Origin: a virus
Lineage: Duplodnaviria > Caudoviricetes
DNA: 36,411 nt
Direction: 5' to 3' (one strand)
Virus record (IMG/VR): IMGVR_UViG_3300008255_000264
Span: 1-36,411 of that record
Below, in pieces: positions 27,535-35,264 of this stretch (position 1 is its first letter; each line of letters opens with the position of its first letter). Under the pieces are notes generated by a model that saw only the letters and a list, made by a program, of their open reading frames with translations, did not search any database and was not told the origin of the DNA. The position numbers and the translations under genes are program-made.

Positions 27535-28278
27535 TTAAGCAGTCATACGGAGTTGATCCAGAAGCTTGATCGCATTGGTCATGCGCTTGTCGCCCATGAC
27601 ATGCTTCATGCGCAAGATTTCCTGCTCAAGTTCTGCTGCCGCCTTGTCAAAGGTGCGCTCCAAGAACATCGTCGCCCAAGGGTGGACGCGCAGCACCTCA
27701 GCGCGCATAGCCTCCATCACGTCGCGGTATTCGCCCTGAGTGCGCGTGCTGGCCCGCTTGCGCTGGGTGTCGCTGAAGGTTCGCAGGTCGAACTTGGCCA
27801 CGATGTTTGTGAGAATGTTCGTCGGCAGGATGCCTCGGGCGTCTTCGATCTTGGCGCCTCCAGCAATCATCTCATTGTAGGCATCAGCGATGCTCTGCAT
27901 CGTGTCATCATAGACCAGTTCCTCCGCTTTACCCTTAAGGCTCGGCCCAGTCAAATAATCCCAACCATCAACGTCCAGCACCCGCATCGTCTGCTGGGCA
28001 TAAGAGCCGGTGCGCGTCCGCACAAACTGATGAGTGAAGGCGCGCGTCACACCGTTAATTAGGAAAGTGTAACTGATGAACTCCCAGCTACTCGGGATCG
28101 TGTTGGCCATATACTCCAGCTCGGCCTCGATCTCTGACCAAGGCTTGGCCTCGATCTCGGCCATTAAGCCAGGGACCATGTTCAGGCGTGTGCCCTTGGT
28201 GAACACGAGCACGTTGGCGGCGTGGCGGGCGGGGTCGGGGCTTCCTGCCCCAGAATAATCGATCAGTTGGACTTCCAT
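27535..28278 (-). CDS. thyX: ThyX-family flavoprotein with non-canonical active site
   Basis: YTFLI.GVTR..THQ.VRTR..SYAQQTMR, EDARGILP, DLR and R....TQGEYR; start revised to ATG 28278 with AGGAG RBS. Confidence 0.85.
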   Translation of the reverse strand: MEVQLIDYSGAGSPDPARHAANVLVFTKGTRLNMVPGLMAEIEAKPWSEIEAELEYMANTIPSSWEFISYTFLINGVTRAFTHQFVRTRTGSYAQQTMRVLDVDGWDYLTGPSLKGKAEELVYDDTMQSIADAYNEMIAGGAKIEDARGILPTNILTNIVAKFDLRTFSDTQRKRASTRTQGEYRDVMEAMRAEVLRVHPWATMFLERTFDKAAAELEQEILRMKHVMGDKRMTNAIKLLDQLRMTA

Positions 28279-28306
28279 TGAAATTCTCCTAATTGGCAGG
28301 CCCTTT

Positions 28307-28807
28307 TCAGGCCTCTGGCTTAACAAGCTGGATGAACAGCGCCATGTTGTGCTCGACGATGCCCATGATGAACTGGGTGTGCAACTTCAACTGCCATTCC
28401 CCGGCTGGGTCATAATACGCGTTGTTGAACAGAGTCTGGATTGTCGTCCCACACCACACGCTTTTGTGTGTTAAGTCCTGAGCCTGCATCAAGGAATTGT
28501 AGTAGGGTACAGCGATGTTCATGACCCCGCCCGGTGCCAAGACTCGCTCAACTTCCCGCAGCAACTTGATGGCCTCTTCGCCGGTCAAATGCTCGAGGAA
28601 ATGATAAGCGTGAACTGTCCCGACCGAACCTTGCTCGAAAGGGATGGGGTCGCGCGGGAAATCCCAGTCCGGAAGCCCCAAGGCGATATTGGCATATCTC
28701 TTCACACCGCTGGCCCCGAGGTCTACAGAAGGCAAAAACTCATTGGCCTCCAGGAGTTCCGGGATTTCACGATCCATGCCCTGCTTAAACAGTTGCTGAA
28801 TGTTCAC
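28307..28807 (-). CDS. Class I SAM-dependent methyltransferase
   Basis: VDLGASG, IPF..GSV, HFLEHL, RVLAPGG. Confidence 0.8.
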   Translation of the reverse strand: MNIQQLFKQGMDREIPELLEANEFLPSVDLGASGVKRYANIALGLPDWDFPRDPIPFEQGSVGTVHAYHFLEHLTGEEAIKLLREVERVLAPGGVMNIAVPYYNSLMQAQDLTHKSVWCGTTIQTLFNNAYYDPAGEWQLKLHTQFIMGIVEHNMALFIQLVKPEA

Positions 28808-29727
28808 TTCAATCTCCCCTTGTAATTATGTCCGTTGCGGATCATCTCCATGATCTTCAAGCAATCGTGGAAGGCATCATCCAATAAAAGACCTGGCTTC
28901 CACACCGCAAACCGGCCCAGCGAATAGATGTCGAAATTGTCGGAAGCCCACATAATGAACCGCTTGCGCTCGCGGTCGGGCAGGCTCACGATTTTGGCAT
29001 AGCGCTGGGGCACCAGCTCGGCGGTGTAAAATGCCCCCTCGAGCCCTAGGTCCTGAAGCAAGACATCCATGATGCGGTCCAAGCCCCAAGCCCCTTGGTC
29101 GAATTCCTCGACCATCTCGACCTGCAGCAACTCGCCAGTCATTGTGGCCCGCACAATCGGCACCTTGGGGTCAGGATAGTAAATCGTGGCACAAAGATCG
29201 CTTTCGATCGCCACTGTGCCCTTGACCACCCAGCCATGCCGATACCCAAAGCTGGCCATTTGCGGGTAGTCCAGGATATCCATCAACTTGCCCATAGGCA
29301 TGGTTGAGATGATCGGCCCGAACTCGCGGTATTGCTCGATCCAATTCTTATCGACCTGCGTCGAATAAATCACCCGGCTGTGCTGAATATTCTCCAGGCG
29401 CTGAATGAAATCGTCGGGGGAGATGAAGCGCCGGTCAATCTGGCCTTGGGCTGTCTTGATCGAGCGCAGGCTGGCCCGCCCATTGCTCTTCATCGAATAG
29501 CCTATGGCCTCGGCCACCTGATTGCGGAAGGGCTTGACGATCTTGAGGACGTCCACTGCCTGGAAGGGGATGTTCAGATGCTGCGCGATTTCGTCCGAGC
29601 GGAACCGCAGCAATGCGTGGTGGTTGTTGGGGAGCGAAGCAGCAGCTTCGTAAATCTGCCCTTCCTCGCGGAACATCGCCCCTGCCAGAAGCCCTGCCAT
29701 GCCAGCGCCAATGATTGAAACAGTCAT
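28804..29727 (-). CDS. FAD-dependent oxidoreductase
   Basis: IIGAGMAGL Rossmann motif, YE, IISTMP, C-terminal LGRFAVW. Confidence 0.82.
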   Translation of the reverse strand: MTVSIIGAGMAGLLAGAMFREEGQIYEAAASLPNNHHALLRFRSDEIAQHLNIPFQAVDVLKIVKPFRNQVAEAIGYSMKSNGRASLRSIKTAQGQIDRRFISPDDFIQRLENIQHSRVIYSTQVDKNWIEQYREFGPIISTMPMGKLMDILDYPQMASFGYRHGWVVKGTVAIESDLCATIYYPDPKVPIVRATMTGELLQVEMVEEFDQGAWGLDRIMDVLLQDLGLEGAFYTAELVPQRYAKIVSLPDRERKRFIMWASDNFDIYSLGRFAVWKPGLLLDDAFHDCLKIMEMIRNGHNYKGRLK

Positions 29728-29936
29728 TTTGTCACGTCCTCAAATTCTTGAACGACAATTCCCGGTGTCAGGTCTTGGTGGCCTTCTGCCTTGCCGATCT
29801 TGAAGAACAACTGCTCAAGGCGCTCCAGGAACTTGCGCTCCTGCGGGGTGACCCAAATGTTGACTGCTGTCCGAGAATCACTCAGGGCGCGCTCCCCGCC
29901 CACTGCCACGCGTACCAGTCTTGAACCTGCTACCAT
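29724..29936 (-). CDS. Hypothetical protein
   Basis: 70 aa, tightly coupled within the operon. Confidence 0.5.
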   Translation of the reverse strand: MVAGSRLVRVAVGGERALSDSRTAVNIWVTPQERKFLERLEQLFFKIGKAEGHQDLTPGIVVQEFEDVTK

Positions 29937-29937
29937 G

Positions 29938-30507
29938 TCAATTCACCTTCTTGTATTTGGCCACTCGGCCGGTGTAAAGCCCCAACACCTCAGTGTCGAT
30001 CGGTTCTCCGCTCTTGATGCGCTCGCGTGCGAATGCCATCAATGTCTGCGGGTGCACTGTGGAATCAATCTTCGGGGCAAAGCCCTGATCCTTGATCTTC
30101 CCGGCCAAATCCAAAGCCTCGTTGTGCTGGGAGCGGGAAAAGTCCACTGACAGGGCAGTCTTCAGCAACTCCCCAGCCTCGTTCTCCTCAAGCCAGCGAA
30201 TTGCCAGAGCCTTGCGCACATCATCCTTTGGCAGCGAGCCAGATACGAAGTCAGTGACCTTTATCTCCCAGCCGCGCTGCGTGACCTTTTCCATTCCGAT
30301 TTCGGTCATCATGTCAGGTATGATGCTGGTATTGAGCAGGTTCAACTGCTGCTTGGCAGCTTTCAAGTCTTCTTCCATCTGGTCGACGACTTCCTTGAGG
30401 TCAATTGCCTCAGCCAGTTTCATGTTCAAGCGATCAAGGGCATCCGAGGGGGTTGCAACCCCCTCGGCGTCCTCGAAGCTGAACCCTTTGACGGGTTCAT
30501 TCATCAC
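29938..30507 (-). CDS. Conserved replication-module protein next to SSB-like gene
   Basis: Coiled coil, IP..M.E.G, WL.EN and VHPQTL.AF.RE motifs seen in phage replication clusters. Confidence 0.65.
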   Translation of the reverse strand: MMNEPVKGFSFEDAEGVATPSDALDRLNMKLAEAIDLKEVVDQMEEDLKAAKQQLNLLNTSIIPDMMTEIGMEKVTQRGWEIKVTDFVSGSLPKDDVRKALAIRWLEENEAGELLKTALSVDFSRSQHNEALDLAGKIKDQGFAPKIDSTVHPQTLMAFARERIKSGEPIDTEVLGLYTGRVAKYKKVN

Positions 30508-31310
30508 ATCGCCTCCTCACCAGAGGGGGAAATGTCGCTGTTCATGTCACTGACATCGCCGCGTGCCTCACCGGCCATGATCTGCAGGCGGAAGTCTGCT
30601 GCCTGCTGTGCGATCTGCTGCCAAGGGGTGCCATCGAAGTCCATGTCTGGCAGGGCAGGGCCGCGCTCTACCTTCCAACCGGCCCACTCGCCCTGTGCAT
30701 TGCTTTCTTCAGCAGATGTCAGTTCGTAGGTTCGGTAGAACAATGGGGCAGTGAATTCGCTGCCATCGCTGCGCTTCAGCTTCTCACCGGCTGCGAGGGT
30801 GACCCACTTGCGGGCCTTCTTGAGTTGGGTCGATGCCATGGGAACGAAGCACATCTGCCGACCGGCCGACAAATTGAACCCGAAGAACTGAGCAGTCTCC
30901 TGGATCAAGTTGCCATTCGGCATGAGCGGCTGATTCTTGTCGTTGCGGGTGGTCTGCTCGAGAATGGCTGGGTCGCTGTGAACAGCTACCAGTCCGCCCC
31001 CGCTTGAACGCGGTGCCCACTCGATGTAGTCCTTGCGGTAGTAAACTGGCAGAAACAGAACACTGTCTGGGAACAGCTGGCCAGTGCCAACATCACAAAT
31101 GTTGCCGACCTCAGCCCCTTCGATGTAGGCTGCGTCGCGCTTCTTCAGTTGGGGGGAAAGGCTCTGGAGCAAGGTGAGCCGGGGGACCAGCATGTCGCTG
31201 GCAGTCACATTGTCGAGGCCTGCTCCGGCGTTCGATTGGAAGAAGTCGTCGGCTACAGCGACCTCGGTGTTGCCCTTTTGAGCAGGGACGAGCTCTTTCT
31301 TAGTTGGCAT
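30504..31310 (-). CDS. Putative ssDNA-binding protein
   Basis: Start revised to ATG 31310 with GAGG RBS; P.L.LLQ.LSPQ, YIEW.PR and M.STQLK..RKW motifs; acidic tail. Confidence 0.6.
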   Translation of the reverse strand: MPTKKELVPAQKGNTEVAVADDFFQSNAGAGLDNVTASDMLVPRLTLLQSLSPQLKKRDAAYIEGAEVGNICDVGTGQLFPDSVLFLPVYYRKDYIEWAPRSSGGGLVAVHSDPAILEQTTRNDKNQPLMPNGNLIQETAQFFGFNLSAGRQMCFVPMASTQLKKARKWVTLAAGEKLKRSDGSEFTAPLFYRTYELTSAEESNAQGEWAGWKVERGPALPDMDFDGTPWQQIAQQAADFRLQIMAGEARGDVSDMNSDISPSGEEAM

Positions 31311-31459
31311 TTTCGTTGTTACCTCTTTGATGAGCGGATAAAGGTTAACCGCCTCAAACCTCTTGCCGCAGGTTGCGGTGAAAGAAAACGTGTTTTTTGA
31401 GATATTTTCCAACAAAAATGCTAAGTCGTTGTTTTACATGACCCAAAACCAAAATATTT

Positions 31460-31531
31460 TGTTTTCTTGAAATGCCCCCGAGCGATAAAAGACCATCCCG
31501 CAAGAAACGGGATGCAAAAGGAGAAAGTGAC
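31460..31531 (+). promoter_or_regulatory. Repeated early promoter/leader D
   Basis: TTTTCTT-N16-ATAA, hairpin CATCCCG-CAAGAAA-CGGGATG, AGGAG RBS. Confidence 0.6.
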
Positions 31532-31735
31532 ATGTTTAAAGAAGAAACTGTGATCGTCCAGATTGCGTCCAAGAATCCCCAGCGCAAGGGAACTCCCGGC
31601 TACAAGTCGTTCCACATCGTTCAGAAGGCTGGTGGCAAGATCACATACGCCGACTTCCGTAAGAAGGGTGGTCGGGCGCGCGATGTGCGCTGGGATCTCG
31701 AGAAGGGGCACGTTGCAATCACCCACTTCGGATGA
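31532..31735 (+). CDS. Small basic protein (67 aa), paralogue of the C-domain of 32837..33316
   Basis: ATG 31532 with AGGAG RBS; NPQRKG...SF...Y.DF.K.GGR..D.RWD..G. Confidence 0.75.
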   Translation: MFKEETVIVQIASKNPQRKGTPGYKSFHIVQKAGGKITYADFRKKGGRARDVRWDLEKGHVAITHFG

Positions 31736-31757
31736 AAAAGCTCCTGCGTGAAAAGCA

Positions 31758-31793
31758 CCCCCGCTAGCTCCCACTAGCGGGGGCTGTTTTTTT
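31758..31793 (+). terminator. Rho-independent terminator
   Basis: CCCCCGCTAG-CTCCCA-CTAGCGGGGG followed by CTG and T7. Confidence 0.85.
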
Positions 31794-31856
31794 GATAGTT
31801 TTCCAACTATTTCACCTTACCTTTGTTTTCATTGATGTTCTGTTGGACGATTTTTG

Positions 31857-31927
31857 TTTTCTTTTCTGATCAATTCCGCCATAAGGGGTTATCGGCAGCA
31901 AGGAGCTGCCCGCCAAGGAGAATTGAA
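31857..31927 (+). promoter_or_regulatory. Repeated early promoter/leader B
   Basis: Near-identical to leader A; hairpin GGCAGC-AAGGA-GCTGCC. Confidence 0.7.
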
Positions 31928-32140
31928 ATGACCCCCAAGTTTGAAGATGGCACCAAGGTTCGCTTCAACAACAATGTTTGTTCGATGGCGCCCCACCTGA
32001 TTGGCAAGACCTTCACAATCCTCGCAGCTTCGGCAAGCTGGGGGATTGGCCAGAAGAACGAGTGGCATGGCGAATACGTGATTGCCTCTGAGAATGGCGA
32101 AAAGTCGGTCGCCCCTGAGTCTTGCTTGGTGGAGGCTTGA
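31928..32140 (+). CDS. Small early protein (70 aa, SH3/KOW-like pattern)
   Basis: ATG 31928 with AGGAG RBS; F..G.KVR...E..L. Confidence 0.7.
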   Translation: MTPKFEDGTKVRFNNNVCSMAPHLIGKTFTILAASASWGIGQKNEWHGEYVIASENGEKSVAPESCLVEA

Positions 32141-32142
32141 TC

Positions 32143-32604
32143 ATGGGCCTCAAGATCGACGCCAAGGTTCCTGAAACCTTCTCCAAAATCAAGGGCGAAC
32201 TCGCCGAAGACCGAGCATATTGCGCCATCATTGCTGTTGCTGCCATAACTGGCGAGCCGGTCATGAAGGTGCGCGAGATGATGGAGGCCAACGGGCGCAA
32301 GCGCGGACACGGCACAAGGCGCGAGGTTACGCGCAAGACTCTTGAGCAGCTGGGCTACAAGATCAAGGAGTGGTCGTTCCGCGAGCGCTGGGACTTGATC
32401 GCCACCTATCCAAAGCCCCACAACGAGCTCGAGAATATCACCACCCATCACCCGCGCCGCTTCCCCAGTGCTTGGGCTTGTCAGCCCAACATGCTGATGT
32501 TCTCGGCCAAGCACGTTGCTGCCTACGTTGACGGGGTGGTATGCGATTGGACGGTGAAGCACTCCAAGTGGGTAGTTGAAATCTGGACTTTGGAGAAAGC
32601 ATGA
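32143..32604 (+). CDS. Hypothetical protein with Cys-His-Asp (papain-like) pattern
   Basis: YCAIIAVA...KHVAAYVDGVVCDW; GGAGG RBS. Confidence 0.6.
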   Translation: MGLKIDAKVPETFSKIKGELAEDRAYCAIIAVAAITGEPVMKVREMMEANGRKRGHGTRREVTRKTLEQLGYKIKEWSFRERWDLIATYPKPHNELENITTHHPRRFPSAWACQPNMLMFSAKHVAAYVDGVVCDWTVKHSKWVVEIWTLEKA

Positions 32605-32840
32605 TGGCCCAACGCACCGTCCCCATCACCATCTACGTCACTGACGCCGAGCGCGCAGCAGAGCTAGCCGCCGCCGACAAGGACAGTCGTGCAATGCTTT
32701 CTGGCCCCGGCACCCTCGGGTTCCACCTGCTAATAGCTCAACACGGCGCAGGTGAATTCAAGACCCTCTATGTGCCAATGGCCATGCGCGGCAAGTTCGC
32801 GCACCCGGCTGGCGGCGAAGTCTATCAAGAAGGAGAATGA
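32601..32840 (+). CDS. Hypothetical protein
   Basis: 79 aa with ATGA overlaps on both sides. Confidence 0.6.
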   Translation: MMAQRTVPITIYVTDAERAAELAAADKDSRAMLSGPGTLGFHLLIAQHGAGEFKTLYVPMAMRGKFAHPAGGEVYQEGE

Positions 32841-33316
32841 ACGTGAACGCAGAACTTGAACACTTCCTGACCGAAGGCCCGCGCACCGTCAAAGACCTCG
32901 CTCGCCTGACTGACAAGTCCACCTCGACCATCTACAAGGCACTGAAGGCGGATGAACGGGTGGTGGAAGGGCCAGAAGGTGCTACTGGCAAAACCTTCTA
33001 CATCCCTGCAGCCCCAGAAACAGGTCAAGGGACGATCGAAGAGCAAGTCCGCACCGACCCTACAGATGAGGTTGATATCGTCGCCCCTGCACCTGTTAAA
33101 TCGCCGGCAAAGGTTGGGCGTAGGTCTCGGCTTGAGGGCAGGGCCATCTTTCCGCTTGGTCAAGAAAACAAGCGGCGCAAGGGTAGCCATGGCTTCAGGT
33201 CGTTCCAAATCCTGCTCGACAATCCAGGAATCGCCTACGAGGACTACCTCAAGGCTGGTGGCAGGCTGGTGGATTTGCGCTGGGACATCTTGCACGGCAA
33301 CGCCAAGGCAATTTGA
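32837..33316 (+). CDS. HTH protein with C-terminal GGR..D.RWD domain
   Basis: GPRTVKDLARLTDKSTSTIYKAL helix-turn-helix; AAGGAG RBS. Confidence 0.72.
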   Translation: MNVNAELEHFLTEGPRTVKDLARLTDKSTSTIYKALKADERVVEGPEGATGKTFYIPAAPETGQGTIEEQVRTDPTDEVDIVAPAPVKSPAKVGRRSRLEGRAIFPLGQENKRRKGSHGFRSFQILLDNPGIAYEDYLKAGGRLVDLRWDILHGNAKAI

Positions 33317-33321
33317 GCAAT

Positions 33322-33491
33322 AGGTTCCAAGTTCCACTTTTCCACACAAAACCCAAAACCCTCCTCTCTTACTCCCCTTCTTAGAACTTTATCTCAACGA
33401 GGGAAAATAGGGAATAATACGAACCCAAGGGCACCGGGGAGTAAATCGAGGGGTCTGTGGGAATCATGCGAAAAAAGCGAACTTGGAACCT
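33322..33491. repeat. Origin-like element copy 2 with 13-bp terminal inverted repeats
   Basis: AGGTTCCAAGTTC (33322-34) / GAACTTGGAACCT (33479-91). Confidence 0.85.
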
Positions 33492-33537
33492 GATAACCCT
33501 TTGATTTATGGTAAACGCAAATTTTTGAGGCCTGTTC

Positions 33538-35181
33538 ATGATCGCCAAAATTGAGTCTTCATCCATCCTTTTGGCGACGCGCGCCAGCCCTGTTGTGTTG
33601 GCCATGCTGCCACAGATCGAGGGCCGACGCCACTGGCTCAAGGGTGGTGGCTTGAAGCTGGAAGACACCCCTCACAATCGTGATGTCGTAGGCCGTTCGC
33701 TCCCAGAGGTCACTTGGGACTGCGAGAGCGACGGTGTGGTCGAGATATTTGATGTTGAGGTTGCACCTTCTGAATTCAAATTCAAGCGCAAGCCTGATCC
33801 TCACCAGAGTGAGGCTTTGGCGCGTATGCATGGCAAGCAGTTTTTCGGCCTGTTCATGGAGCAGGGCACAGGCAAGACCAAGGTCGCAATAGATCGCGCC
33901 TGCCAGCTGTTCGTTGTTGGCCACATAACCGCTGTCCTGGTCGTCACCAAGAAGGGCGTTCATCGCCAGTGGGTGGAATCAGAGCTTCCTAAGGATTGCA
34001 ACTCTGAGTTCGTCGGCAGTTGGTGGTCAAGGAAAACGACAGACCTGAGCGCGCTGAAGGCTCAAGGCGAAACGCTCAAGTGGTTTGCTGTCAACTACGA
34101 CGCGCTGCGTTCTGAGAAGGCGATGGAAGCCTTGATTGAGTTCTGCTCTTCACATTCTGGCAAGTTGCTTATTATCGCAGACGAGAGCCAGTGCATCAAG
34201 AGCCACTCATCCACCCGCCACAAGCGCATGTTTGAGCTACGCAGCCATTCTAGCCACCGGATGCTTTTGACTGGCACACCGATCGCAAAAGATCTGACTG
34301 ATGAATGGGCGCAATTGAAGTGGCTGGACGAGCGCATCCTCGGCGTTAAGTATATCACCACCTTCAGGGCGCAGTATTGCATCATGGGCGGTTATGAAGG
34401 GCGTGCAGTCGTCGGCCAGAAGAACATGGATGATTTCCGCCGCAAGGTCGACCCTTGGACCTACCGGGTAACCAAGAAGCAGATAGGTTACATCCCCAAG
34501 CGCCACAAGGATTGGGTCTTTGACCTGCTGCCTGAGCAGAAGCGCATGATCCAGCAGGTCAAGCAGGAGCTGATCGCCGAGTTGGCAGATGGCAGCGAGA
34601 TACCGATATCTTCTGCCACTGCAGCCTTCACAAAGGTGCAGCAGATATCCAATGGCTTCATTCTTGACGAAGAAAGGGAGTTGCGACTGGTTGTTCCAGT
34701 CGAGCGCAATCCGCGTGCAAATGCACTGCTGGAATTGCTTGAGGCAGATGAAGGTAAGTTCGTCATTTGGACGCGCTTCATCGCAGACCGACAGATAATC
34801 GGCCAAGCCCTGCGCAAGGCAGGTATCAAATTCGTTGAGTATTGCGGCACTGACCAAGAGCGTCATTCAGCGAAGCAGGCTTTCTTGGAAGACGAGAGTG
34901 TGCGCTGCTTCTTGGCCAATCCCCAGTCAGCCGGGACAGGGCTTGATGGCCTTCAGACTGTTTGCTCGCAGGCAGTGTATTATTCAAACTCGTTCAATGC
35001 CATCGACCGCTGGCAAAGTGAAGACAGGATCGACCGACGCGGCATGATCGGAGGTTCCATTTACACCGATTTGATCGCAAAAGGATCAATTGATCGTCAC
35101 ATATTGAGAAATTTGTCAAAGAAAAAAGGCATATCTTCCATCAGCTTAGGTGATATTGATGAGTTTTTTTCAGAGTTTTGA
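33538..35181 (+). CDS. SNF2-family helicase
   Basis: MEQGTGKT, DESQ, LLTGTP, GTGLD, QSEDRIDR.G. Confidence 0.9.
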   Translation: MIAKIESSSILLATRASPVVLAMLPQIEGRRHWLKGGGLKLEDTPHNRDVVGRSLPEVTWDCESDGVVEIFDVEVAPSEFKFKRKPDPHQSEALARMHGKQFFGLFMEQGTGKTKVAIDRACQLFVVGHITAVLVVTKKGVHRQWVESELPKDCNSEFVGSWWSRKTTDLSALKAQGETLKWFAVNYDALRSEKAMEALIEFCSSHSGKLLIIADESQCIKSHSSTRHKRMFELRSHSSHRMLLTGTPIAKDLTDEWAQLKWLDERILGVKYITTFRAQYCIMGGYEGRAVVGQKNMDDFRRKVDPWTYRVTKKQIGYIPKRHKDWVFDLLPEQKRMIQQVKQELIAELADGSEIPISSATAAFTKVQQISNGFILDEERELRLVVPVERNPRANALLELLEADEGKFVIWTRFIADRQIIGQALRKAGIKFVEYCGTDQERHSAKQAFLEDESVRCFLANPQSAGTGLDGLQTVCSQAVYYSNSFNAIDRWQSEDRIDRRGMIGGSIYTDLIAKGSIDRHILRNLSKKKGISSISLGDIDEFFSEF

Positions 35182-35188
35182 ATTTTTC

Positions 35189-35264
35189 TGTTTTCTTATC
35201 TCTATTTGCGAGCGATAAGAAGCGACTGGCAGCGAGGCGCTGCCCACCAACTGGAGAACCTGCA
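35189..35264 (+). promoter_or_regulatory. Repeated early promoter/leader C
   Basis: TTTTCTT-N17-ATAA, hairpin GGCAGCG-AGG-CGCTGCC, then CACCAACTGGAGAA. Confidence 0.65.
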
